NCBI GenBank assembly: GCA_029531755.1
Contig: CM055969.1
Coordinates: forward strand, 23,623,285 to 23,687,284
DNA length: 64,000 nt
Direction: 5' to 3'
DNA from: Holothuria leucospilota
Taxonomy: Eukaryota
Every line of letters begins with the position of its first letter. Position 1 is the first letter of the stretch. Below the pieces are notes generated by a model. That model saw only the letters and a program-made list of their open reading frames with translations, did no database searches and was not told the DNA's origin. The translations under genes were made by a program, and so were the position numbers. This document shows positions 26,198-37,004 of the stretch, piece after piece.

Positions 26198-26934
26198 AAT
26201 ATTAGCACTTATGGTACTTATGGCACTTATGGCACTTATGGTACTTCACTTATGGTATGTATTGTACAGTACCTTGAAATACTGGGGTAATTAGCAAAAG
26301 TTTTGAATGTACATGCGTCGTCCTGCCAAACACCTCACAATTTCAAATATTTCTTTATTTCAAAACAATGCGTCTGGCCTTGACTAATAGGCATCTGCTT
26401 AATGTCAAACCTAAAATCCAAGAATTATTGCAGAATACCCAGAGCACAGATGCTCTGTTTGGGAAAATGTCTATCTAAAGAGCCAACTGATGTACATGTA
26501 AAACACACAATACATGAACTACTCATCCATGTATATGATTTATACTCTAAAGGTCGTGTGACATGCCACCAAAAAGAGCTGTTTCACTTGTCAGTTAAAG
26601 AAGTAAGTCCTCAAAGATTTCCAGGGCGGATTTTTTTATCAACACTGTTTTTTTACAAAATAATGAAACTTTGGCAGACCCAGGCCTGAATAATGAAAAT
26701 TTTTCATACCGCAGCTTTTGGACATGCAGACGGTGGACGCAAATCTACAACTTTCATTCCCTTGTCTTAACGTTTGACTAGGCCTAGGTCTTGCCACTGG
26801 GCCAAGTAGCCTACTAGCAACTTGCTTGTGACCCAGCAGATACATGTTTTTATGTCAGGCTAGGTTAATAGGCCTAGGCTAGGCTAAATTGTAACTTAGG
26901 CATGCATGAGAAACAGACGAGTCTACTTAATCTA

Positions 26935-27060
26935 CGTTAGGCTAGGCTAGTCCTTGAACAGGACTCTATGCTACGTACACTTTGTTTTACTCCGTACGGA
27001 GTAGGTTCACCGTTAACGTAGTACACGGTCCTGTTCAAGGACTAGGCTAGGCCCTTAGCC
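26935..27060. repeat. Inverted repeat (GCTAGGCTAGTCCTTGAACAGGAC ... GTCCTGTTCAAGGACTAGGCTAGGC) around a TACGGAGTA/TACTCCGTA palindrome
   Basis: The two arms at 26940-26965 and 27030-27056 are reverse complements. The area is rich in CTAGGCCTAGG motifs that also mark the termini of the composite repeat family at 37-41 kb. Confidence 0.6.
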
Positions 27061-27675
27061 TTGGAGTAAACACTTAGGCCTTTGGCCTAACGTTAGGTTA
27101 GGGTTGTGTTCATGGCAGTCTTACGTTTCTTGTTGGAGTTTACTTTTGGTTTCATAAATTATCATCAACCCTTCACAGAGACAGTTCACATTCTACTGAG
27201 CAAATGGTTGTCTGAAACTAGAAGACGGAATCTCCAGATAATCAAACTCACACGTCGAACGTCAAACGACGATACGATACATGCTGCTGGAAGTTGAAAG
27301 TTCATTGCAACATTCGACCGTACCGTACCTGTACCTGCACAGACTACGTATGCATGCGCATAATATTCGTACAGGAGTATTACGTAATACATAAACAACA
27401 TGCGGACGACAACGTGATATCACGTCGAGTAAGTAAAGTTATGGCGCGCCGTCTGTACAATTACAAGAGAAGACATGTTATGTTATGTTATGTTATGTGA
27501 TGTTATGTTATGTTATGCCCTTCAGTCCAAACCCCTTTACTTATGCAAAGCTAACCAAAACCAACGTCAAAACGGCAGTGTTTGCACTAATCGTTAGTTA
27601 CACGATCTCAAGGTTGTCCGGGTTCAAAGGCATCGCTAAGTCGATCCCTTATAATATATATACTTTATGTATATG

Positions 27676-27682
<7 letters not shown>

Positions 27683-27772
<90 letters not shown>
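27683..27772. repeat. (TA)n microsatellite, tail of Penelope-like copy 1
   Basis: Read directly from the sequence. Confidence 0.95.
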
Positions 27773-28439
27773 AGTAAACGTAACAGACATCACAACAGGA
27801 CACAAAATATATACCAGAGAAGAAGTCCAGTGCAGAACTAAAACGTTTATTCTCATATTTTCGGACGGCAAAGCGTCCTTCTTCAGGCCACGTACTAATA
27901 TACAATAAAACCAAGAACACTCCACAAGCATTTAAAAACGGAGAAAATAAACACAGAGAAGAACGAACGCTCTAGTACACAACTAGTTAAAAGCTAATCC
28001 TAAAAGACACAAAACGAGACAAAGAAACCCAAGACAACTCAAAAGAACACCTAAGAACTTAAGACCTGGATAAAAAAAAAGCCTAGAATACTAAAACGCA
28101 GGAGACAAGGATAGAGTCTACGAAGGCGTCTGGGAACCCAGCAACGGATAAAAACCTAAGGGAGGCCAAAAGAAGAAAGGGGGAAAAGGGGGAGAGAAAC
28201 AGAACTAAAAACATAAAAATAAAAAAAAATAAAAGGGTAACTAGAAGTTAAAATAGAAAGTAAAAGAAAAAGGAAAAATTAAAAAGGAAACAATTAAAAG
28301 AAAAATAAAATAAAATGAAAAACAAATCGAAAAGGAAGTAAAACCTAACGACGAAAAAGGTTGAAAAATTAAAGGCAAGAAAGAATAAAATAACAGCAAA
28401 TAAAAACACGACTTAACGAACTTTCCTAAAATGTTTATT

Positions 28440-28885
28440 TTGGCAGTAAAAACCATCATCTGTATTAATTAGTCTCCAAGGGGTGTCCAGTTTCCAAATC
28501 CATTCCCTTTCTTCAGCATTTAGCAGTTTTTCCAATTTCCCCAAGTTACGATCAACTTTGAAAGTACAATCAACAATCTGAACCTTAAAGGACTCGCAAT
28601 TATGAAAAATAAGATGATCATAAAGAATTTTGAGTCTAATTTGTTTGATGTACCAGCCCTATAAAGTCTTAAATCACTGTGCCCATTAATCCTTATACGA
28701 AAATTATTAGACCTACCCACGTATTGCAACTGACAGACAGGAAATGAAATAACATAGATAAGCCAGAGTGATTCACAAGTAGTAGAAGAGTTCTTACATT
28801 TAAAATTCTTACCTGACAAAATCAGAGCACACAAGCAAACCACAAATTTGACACCTGTTTTTGGCACAACAACGGCAAGGATCAA
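28440..28885 (-). pseudogene. Penelope-like GIY-YIG endonuclease domain, frameshifted
   Basis: ORF 28520..28885(-) carries C..C and LIYVISFPVCQLQYVGRSNNFRIRINGH, with GIY-YIG-like spacing of YVG..R..NGH. The C-terminal GIY-YIG motif EREWIWKLDTPWRLIN lies in a -1 frame at about 28440-28520. Confidence 0.6.
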
Positions 28886-29294
28886 CGGCCATGTTCAAAT
28901 TAATTCTGCTTGGGTCCAAAAGTTTAGCCCGACATAGGGACCTTTTAAGATTGAGAGGCTGGCTGAAACTTATATAACTGGGGCAGCAGGGACAGCTAAC
29001 TTCAATCTATCCGACTGATGCAGGAGAGGTAAAAACTTGGTGAGAATCCTCTTAATGTCAGGTAAAGCGGGGTGGTACTGAACGGTGAAAAACAAAGACT
29101 TTCCTTTAGAAATTTTAGGGGTCATAGAGGTAGTGAAATGTTTATATGCTCGGCCCACTTATTGTTGAACCCTACTCCCTATTATAGCAACGCCTTGCAA
29201 GGTAGTCACTCAATTGGCGACACCTTTTACGCGCTGTCTAAAGACTAGAGCAAATTCTTAAAATGCGTAAGGCCTGACTGTAAGGAATACTGCG

Positions 29295-29516
29295 TTAAGT
29301 ATGGTTTGGGTGGCAACTTATAGCTAGTAAACACTGATGAGTATCAGTAGGCTTAGTATAAAGGTCAGTAACGATTCCACCATCCTGGGAGGTCGATACC
29401 TGTACGTCAAGACAATGAACTAAACTTAGAGAATAATCGCACGTAAATTTAATACAGTTTTCTAGGTTTTTTGAGTTTTCTTGGTTTGCTTTGTCTGGTT
29501 TTGAGTCTTTTAGCAT
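29295..29516 (-). pseudogene. Penelope-like RT C-terminal (thumb) fragment: ...DGGIVTDLYTKPTDTHQCLLAISCHPNHT
   Basis: YxKPTDT-x-x-L-x-x-S-CHP is the conserved motif at the end of Penelope-like and related RT domains. The ORF abuts the inverted pLTR at 29510. Confidence 0.55.
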
Positions 29517-29884
29517 AAGCTTTTAACTTATTGTGTACTAGAGCTTTCGTTCTTCTCTGTGTTTATTTTCTCCGTTTTTAAATGCTTGTGCAGTGTTCTT
29601 GGTTTTATTGTATACAACTACGCAGTGTTGTAATTTAAGAGTCACGACTCAAGTCACTTCTTCTCAAAATGATAGTGACTCGAGAGAATTCAGGAGTAAT
29701 TTCTGCACTGAAATGGTACAGTGACTCGAGTCAATGACTCGACTCGAGTCACTTAAAAGTTTGACAATTGGTCACTCGAGTCACGAATCTACTCACTCGA
29801 TTACAACTCTGCTAGTACGTGGCCTGAAGAAGGACGCTTCACCGTCCGAAAATTTATTTTAGTACTTGCACTGGACCTCCTCTA

Positions 29885-29977
<93 letters not shown>
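29510..29977 (+). mobile_element. Solo Penelope-like 3'-terminal region (pseudo-LTR) with (TA)n tail, inverted relative to copy 1 and direct relative to copy 2
   Basis: 29510-29625 and 29800-29885 are the reverse complement of 27790-27990 and are homologous to 33002-33217 (..ctgaagaaggacgcttcaccgtccgaaaattta.. versus ..ctgaggaaggacacaggagtgtccgaaatata..). Like those two regions it is followed by (TA)n. A 175-bp insert with GTGACTCGAGTCAC-type palindromes sits at 29626-29800. Confidence 0.6.
29886..29977. repeat. (TA)n microsatellite, tail of the solo pLTR
   Basis: Read directly from the sequence. Confidence 0.95.
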
Positions 29978-29979
<2 letters not shown>

Positions 29980-30148
29980 CCTCTGTTTACCCACGTGACA
30001 AACTTCTGTCTTATAAACCAAAGGTTGAAAATTCTCGAATCCCCCTTGTCTTTGATTATTCTCCCAAAACTGAACGGGTACATAAAACCATACGTTCAGA
30101 TAACAGTATTCTTAAGTCTGATTCTTCTATATCTGAGTTAATCAATGA

Positions 30149-30553
30149 CCCCCTTTAACTGCCAGACGTCAACCCCCCAGTCACAAAACATTACTCACAT
30201 CTTCCCGACTGCTTGGTACCCGTAACATAGGCAACGCAAAATGTAGCAAACCGAGGTGTCAGGTCTGTCATTTTATTATTACAGACAAAGAATTTACCCC
30301 TCCCGCCACAAAGTGCATTGTTCGTCCTCCTCCCCTTGACTGCGATACACCCAATGTGGTTTACTTACTCTTTTGTAATATTTGCGACAAAGGCAACTAT
30401 GTCGGGCAGACAAGCAATAAATTCAGATTTAGATTCAATAACCATAAGAAGACTATTCAGGATAAATCTGTTAATTTCCCCGTTTTTAAACATTTCTGTG
30501 GTGAACCGAATCATTCCATTTCAAATCTAAAGTGTATTTTGCTCGGTTCAAAT
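30149..30553 (+). CDS. Penelope-like GIY-YIG endonuclease, N-terminal part, cut off by the hAT insertion
   Basis: CSKPRCQVCHF (the C-x-x-C...C-H knuckle seen in Penelope endonucleases) followed by NVVYLLFCNICDKGNYVGQTSNKFRFRFNNHKKT. ORF track 30356..30583 confirms the frame. Confidence 0.75.
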
Positions 30554-32843
30554 CAGGGTTGGGAAGTAACGAGTTACAAGTAACGCCGTTACTGTAACGA
30601 GTTACATTTTGTGTAACGGAACCCTGTAACGAGTTACATTTGCATTTCAGTAACGGAGCAAGTAACTAGTTACAATTCTGTGTAAAAGTAACTGTAACGG
30701 CGTTACATTTGGGTCCCGTTACTTTCCCGTTACAAATAGTCAAAATGACCACAAATTGCATTTTCTTTGAGCTAATAACAGAATAACAGAAAATTTTCAA
30801 ATTGATGACACTTTGGTAGTAAAATGTAAAATTATTTTCGATATAGGCTATTTATCATTCATCGCTATTATCGACGTCGCCCTCACCGACATCAAATTTT
30901 ATTCACGATTAGAATCAGAAGTTGATATTAGATGCACACGCTGCAGGCTTACAGGCCGGGCCACTTGATTGTCTATTGAACCAGGGAGTTGTCAAATGGC
31001 AACTCCCTGATTGAAATAAGTTTAAAATTGATCTGTATGTCAAAATACTTATTAGACAGATCAATGCTTATTATCCATGAGACCTATTTGTGCGATTATT
31101 TGAAAAATACTGAACGGTCCTCTAAGGCTCAGCTGACTTTATGTATTCTAAGTAAAGTCAACTGGGCCTTGGTTTACTCATATTGTCCTTTAGAGGACAC
31201 AGTGGAGACAGTGTACCGTGAGAAACGGGTTGGCCCATGGGCATTCAAATACCAGCTTACTTTGAAAGTTTAATCATTGCCTCTTGAGACGTTAGGGCTG
31301 GACCCGTGTTCACCCTATCCGAGTCGGAGCTAACTGCGATTCTAGATTCCCGAATCTTTCCGAGCATGGTACTACTCAGGATCCTCAAATTTCTGCCAGT
31401 TTTGATTCCAATGGCACCAATTCCGAGACCAGTCTTTTTGCCAATGTATATCATATCACACATACAGATGTTTTAATTCTATCGTACATGTCCACCATTA
31501 ATTAACAAAGTCATCGTTTGTACTCACTTCCATAGCCTGGCCTCCTGAGTAATTTAGTTGATTGTATGTGACAATACCTTAGATCTGTACATTGTGCACA
31601 AATGGAACTTTAAACACTTTTAATGTAACTTTCATATTTGAGAACTCGGCTGGAATGAACTCCGAGTCCGAGTCCAGTTACATCACATTCCGTAAAAATT
31701 TCGATTCCGGAACCTTCTATCCCGGGCAAATTCCTAATCTAGAAAAACGCTCTTGAGACCGGCATTAAGCTAACCGAATCCGGACTCTTGCGTTGGAGAC
31801 CAGTAAATCTATACGGTGCCAAGCGTTGGTAAACACCGTGCATCCATTTATGCATCTAATTTAACATGTATGGTATCTTTATTTGATGAATCAAACGTAT
31901 GAATTTAGGCTATATCATATTCTTTTCAATGTCCGTAACTCCTTACACTGGAATAATAGTACGGTTAATATACAAAAACAGCAGAATATTGAAATGGTCA
32001 ATGGCGTTAAAAGTATCCTAACAAAGCTAATTGGAAAGAGAAGTGTCCGACTTAAAGCTTTACCTATTGTAAAGGGAAAGTGAATTATGTGCACATGATC
32101 TGCATGTATAAACTGCATAGTATCACCATTTCTATGCACTGTTTTATATCGACACAATGTGAAACTTGAAATTTATGGGGAAATATCACTTAGCCCAACC
32201 TTAGCGGTGAGGTTTCAAAATTTTACTGCTAACAAATGTATTCATCCTCTTATTATACCATATTTATGCTCTTGAGGGGTGAAGACTTTACTGCTGAAAC
32301 AACGCTCTTCCCCTTTCCGGCATAGCCGCTAACCTCTCTAAATTAGCCGACTGTGTGATGGGAGTATAAAGATTTCAACCCTCAGAGAAGTACTTTGGTA
32401 ACTGGAAAAGTTTTGGTTATAACCATATTCCTCTAACAAATAGTTTGCGTAAGCTCCGACACAGTATCATGATTCGCTGCTTCATGTTGAGCATTAGGAG
32501 CCTCTGCGACAATGCCCATTGAAGATCAGCTATAGCTTCATTGACTTTCTTTGGGGAACACCTAAGGATAACCGGCACAAATGAGGTGTCGGTCGTCTCA
32601 TGTGCCCCCGTCTTACTAACTCATTATGCCCCCCCCCCCCTCCATTTCAGGTACCGAGGTACCGTATATTCACCTTGAAGTAACGAGTTACTTTTGAAAT
32701 GTAGCTAGTTACTTTTTAGTCAAAAGTAACTGTAACTAGTTACTTTTTCAACATTGTAACTAGTAACTGTAACGAGTTACAATTTTACGGAATTAACTGT
32801 AACTATAACGAGTTACTTTCAAAGCGTAACGGGAACAACCCTG
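30554..32843. mobile_element. Non-autonomous hAT-superfamily DNA transposon (2.29 kb) with 8-bp TSD GTTCAAAT
   Basis: Terminal inverted repeats CAGGGTTGGGAAGTAACG / CGGGAACAACCCTG. Perfect 8-bp direct repeat GTTCAAAT at 30546-30553 and 32844-32851. Subterminal GTAACGAGTTAC-type repeats at both ends, resembling Ac/Ds subterminal repeats. No transposase ORF inside. Confidence 0.75.
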
Positions 32844-32851
32844 GTTCAAAT

Positions 32852-33001
32852 TACCAATCTGTCAACGAACGCCTCAAATCTGAGAGCAAGTGGGTCGTTA
32901 AACTGTCAACTCATATTAGGGGCCTGAACAAGGACCTTGGCATCTTAAGTGACTTCCCCTTTGTAATTAATAACCCTTCCCAAGCTGCCAAGGTTAACTA
33001 A
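32852..33001 (+). CDS. Penelope-like GIY-YIG endonuclease, C-terminal part, resumes in frame after the hAT element
   Basis: YQSVNERLKSESKWVVKLSTHIRGLNKD... carries the terminal GIY-YIG motif E-x2-W-[IV]-x-K-L-x-T-x3-G-L-N. The frame is continuous with 30149-30553 once the element and one TSD copy are removed. TAA stop at 32999-33001. Confidence 0.7.
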   Translation, partial: YQSVNERLKSESKWVVKLSTHIRGLNKDLGILSDFPFVINNPSQAAKVN

Positions 33002-33214
33002 ACCTGCTTGTCTATCATTTGTTTTGGTTTGTACTTGTTTTACCGTTAAGTTTGAAAAATGCTGTAATTTTTCACTTTCCATTTTGCGCTGAGGAAGGAC
33101 ACAGGAGTGTCCGAAATATACGCTGTTTTTATCGTATCTGTGCTCGTATTATGTCATCTTGGGAATGTGTTTTATTATTTGCTATTTTACATGGAGCATA
33201 TGTGGAGTATTCTC

Positions 33215-33216
<2 letters not shown>

Positions 33217-33310
<94 letters not shown>
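33217..33310. repeat. (TA)n microsatellite, tail of Penelope-like copy 2
   Basis: Read directly from the sequence. Confidence 0.95.
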
Positions 33311-33313
<3 letters not shown>

Positions 33314-33609
33314 TGAAACTTGGAACCCTGTCCCCACATGGTCTGAAGGTTAGACTTAAACTTTTATAACTCAATAATTCCTACATTGTTGTTACCCGTG
33401 TCAACCACTTAACACTGTCCGTTTTCCTAGCCGATTTCCCGTGCCCAATTCTATTGTGTGTTTTCCAATTTGTACGTTCGGCCGTGTCAACAATCAGTTG
33501 ATGAAGGGTTTAAACCCTAAACATCGTGCAGTTTTTCACAAACTTTAAGCGCACTATTTACTAATTATTCTTTGACCTACTTACTTCATAACTGCTACGC
33601 ATTACTCTG

Positions 33610-33744
<135 letters not shown>

Positions 33745-33844
33745 GCATCAGTGGAGAACTAGTGCTGTTCCAGAAATAGGTGCCTGCTCAGGAGGTGAAT
33801 TGTGAGTGCCTCATATGGTGTTTGAACGAAGGCCAAACCAACTT

Positions 33845-33915
33845 GGCTTCATAGCTCAGTGGTTAGAGCGTCTGCACTAGCAAGCGGGAGGTCCCGAGTT
33901 CGAACCCCGGTAGAG
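33845..33915 (+). pseudogene. tRNA-like sequence, a degenerate tRNA or SINE head, flanked by (TA)n tracts
   Basis: Perfect D arm (GCTC AGTGGTTA GAGC) and a good T arm (CCGAG TTCGAAC CCCGG), but the anticodon stem does not pair and the acceptor stem has mismatches. This looks like a pseudogene or SINE head rather than a functional tRNA. Confidence 0.5.
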
Positions 33916-33959
33916 TCAACTTCTTTTCACCTCAGCCAGATTTTCCAGTGTCACAGTTT

Positions 33960-33962
<3 letters not shown>

Positions 33963-34039
<77 letters not shown>
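33963..34039. repeat. (TA)n microsatellite
   Basis: Read directly from the sequence. Confidence 0.95.
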
Positions 34040-34042
<3 letters not shown>

Positions 34043-34969
34043 TCCCGTCGTCGGGCTTATCTCTTCACCAGCTTTTGCTGAGTCTGTATGCAGGTTTTAC
34101 AGTGGTAACAATTTTCCTGCAAAATTTCGGCGCGCTTCCCGCGCAATTCTCACAAGCGAAGTTATATCGTCTATGAATATTATTAGCATAAAAATTCCAG
34201 TGAATTATTCTAGCCAAAGCTAGGTGAAGGTCAAACTTAGATGCTGGGTATCAAGGGGTTTTCATATAGTAATCTAGTAACTTGAGTAACATTCGTAACG
34301 CGATGACTATATGGTTTGAAGCTAAATTTAATCGTACCCAAATTTATTCCAAAATTTATTTTTTCTGTTCATGCAAAATTTCCTTTCAAAGTAGAAATAC
34401 GATAATGACCATCTGAATTGTGAACTGTGAAGAGATTGGTATGCTCTCAGTGTCATTCAAAGTCCTGCTCAAAGCTCCATGTTAGTGTTCCCATTTTGCT
34501 ATTTCCTCGGACATTTGGGGAATTTCCCTCTGGGTCCTAACAAAATCATACTGGACCACACCAAGACTGCCTAATGGCAGCTCCTGGTCCTCTCGCCGTT
34601 CGCAAAGTACACAACTGTTCACCTGCGCTTGCGAAGCTGAAGAAGCATCATCGTGATCATAGTCTTGTTCCCTTCACTTGTGGAGACTTTCCACGTCTTT
34701 CTATTGCAAAAGGAGGCGAAAATGTCCATCACAAGAGTGAAATTTTTGCCCTCTTCACGCGTATGTGCACACGTAAAACCGATACCTTTAAGCTGTCTGC
34801 GGTAAGCTTGAGATATCATCCCCTGTAGTTCCCGCAAACTGTAATCATATGGTGGCTCTACTGTCTACAAACATAATTATCTTCTTCGGTGCCTCCCTAT
34901 GAGGTGCCGGTGCCCCCTTATGTAAGAATTCCTGGCTACGGGCCTGCTGTTACAACTCATAATGTAGTA

Positions 34970-35462
34970 AACATTGGCCAATAATGTATCACTAACCGAT
35001 AATGTATCACTAACCAATAATGCAGTAACTTTTTAACCGATAATGTATCAACTCAATACCGACAATGTAGTAAAATAGTTTTAACCGATAATGTATTACT
35101 CTCTAAATGTAAAAGAGTGAATTTCACTCTTCGACGATTGCCTACAGTGACCACTTTCTGTTTAGAGTGGAATTTTACTCTGCCCGGAGTGGTAATTCAC
35201 TCATTTGGAGTGAATTACCACTCCGGGCAGAGTGAAATTTTCACTCGAAGAAAGAGTGGTCACTGTAGGCAATCGTCGAAGAGTGAAATTCACTCTTTTA
35301 CATTTAGAGAGTACCATTTGAACGATAATGTAGTAAAAGTTAATACATTATCGGTCAATTTTTACTACATTATCGGTTAGTGATACAGTTATCGGTCAAG
35401 TTTACTACATTATCGGTTAATGATACATTATCAGTCAATTACTACATTATCAGTCAACACCC
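34970..35462. repeat. Near-perfect 490-bp palindrome (foldback or hairpin element) with inverted ACCGATAATGTA sub-repeats
   Basis: Central arms at 35117-35210 and 35216-35320 are almost exact reverse complements around a 5-nt loop. The outer regions at 34975-35110 and 35330-35460 carry CCGATAATGTA(T/G) repeats in opposite orientations. Confidence 0.85.
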
Positions 35463-35603
35463 TCTTTCAGTAAGGAACCACTAAGACTTCGAGTTTCTGG
35501 CTTTCTGGTTATTTTGTGCTTTCAGTGACAAAATTTCTGACCCCCACAAAAAGGCGAATAAGAGAATGTTCCTTTGGTAAAATCACTGCAGCCTAGAATT
35601 TTA

Positions 35604-35606
<3 letters not shown>

Positions 35607-35691
<85 letters not shown>

Positions 35692-35705
35692 TATATATAT
35701 ATATA
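35607..35705. repeat. (TA)n microsatellite
   Basis: Read directly from the sequence. Confidence 0.95.
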
Positions 35706-36099
35706 CTGGTTGTACAAACCTGTGCCGATTGTCAAACCGGTGACGTTCTGCGTGGTTTAGTTCGAACGGACTTGTCTCACATGTCGTTACAAGTTTGCAG
35801 ATCGGCACGGTGGCCATTTTTCTGTTTTCCTCTACTTTTGTCACCATAGCTACGCTAACCATAGGAGGCGGGGGGCTAGGGGCTGCAGCCCCCAACCAAA
35901 TATTTTTGTGAAAATTCGCGCAATATGCTGAGAATTTTTCGGGCACCTAAGAAAAATAATGCAATGATGTAGCTGAAGGTAATCAATAGTTTATTAAAAC
36001 TTCCTTGGTAAGTAAAATAAAGTTTTGATTTTGAATTGCACCAGCACCTAAATATTCGGTATTAATTCACCAGTGTGTTTTTTAATGGTTTAACTTATG

Positions 36100-36360
36100 A
36101 TTATCAGTGGTGTATTTGAGGGGCCATTGGGCCGTGACCCCCCTCACTTATACCGATTTTCACTTAAGTACCTAAAATACTTTAATTTCTTAACACAAAT
36201 TTTACTTAAAAGCGGCTAGCATATGTGACACCAGATTGCATGTAAGGACACCGAATTTTTCAAAAATTTCAAAGGCAGGTGGTAATACCGCTTTTTTGGA
36301 CCTAAAATACTTATTTTTTAACACAAATATACCCCCTCCCCTAGGCCGGCGATCACACAA
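36100..36360. mobile_element. Related copy of the 51570-52005 element, opposite orientation
   Basis: Begins CAGTGGTGTATTTGAGGGG and contains ..GGACCTAAAATACTTATTTTTTAACACAAAT.., the reverse complement of the internal unit of 51570-52005. Confidence 0.5.
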
Positions 36361-37004
36361 CATAATGCCTACCCCTACACCATGAGAGAAATCCTGACGA
36401 CATTACTGATTATTATCATTATTATTGTAACAAATTCCCCCAAAATTATAAATATGGACGGTTGTTACACGGCAAATTACTGTATGTAATTGGTATATGG
36501 TGCGATAACCGATGCATGCCGTATATGATATGTACATTAACATGTTGAACGCGCGCGGCGTGGAGCGCAAGGAAATTTTGGTATATTATTTGGGCAAGTC
36601 GTTACAACCCCCCCCCCCCCCCCATTAACTTGGGCTCCGCCCATGATGCTAGCACGGCTCCATTCTCCTCCTCCCTCCCTCCCCTCCCTCCTTGTACTCT
36701 CTTCTCTTTAGGGGTGGTGGTGTCAGGATTTGTCAAAGCTTATGGGCCAACTTGGCCCCCAGATAATGGGGGGGGGGGGCAAATTAAGCCCGAACTTAAA
36801 TGTAAGGGGTTTCAGGAAAAGGGTTGCTGCGCGACTTGAAGACAAAACTGTTGTTTTATTGTAGGAAATTTGGAACATTAGGATCTGTTTCATTGAGGAA
36901 AATTAGAAGTTTTGGGCTTTAATTGAGGAATTTGAAAGTTATGGGCTTTCATTGACAAAAGTTTGAAAATAAGTTGATGAAGAATTTTGCCCTCCATGGA
37001 GTGA

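Larger units (their letters stand above)
27683..29516 (-). mobile_element. Penelope-like element copy 1, 5'-truncated: RT C-terminus, GIY-YIG endonuclease with frameshift, pyrimidine-rich insert, conserved 3' region and (TA)n tail
   Basis: See the two pseudogene features at 29295..29516 and 28440..28885. The 3' region at 27790-27990 is homologous to the 3' UTR of copy 2 (33002-33217) and is followed on the element strand by (TA)n at 27683-27772. Confidence 0.6.
29978..33310 (+). mobile_element. Penelope-like element copy 2, 5'-truncated (endonuclease domain, 3' UTR, (TA)n), interrupted by a hAT-type element
   Basis: GIY-YIG reading frame 30149-30553 and 32852-33001, then a 216-bp 3' UTR homologous to the pLTR, then (TA)n at 33217-33310. 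Confidence 0.65.

Noticed and set aside
33845-33915. Calling this a functional tRNA gene
   Set aside because: The anticodon stem does not base-pair and the acceptor stem has mismatches. Reported only as tRNA-like or pseudogene.
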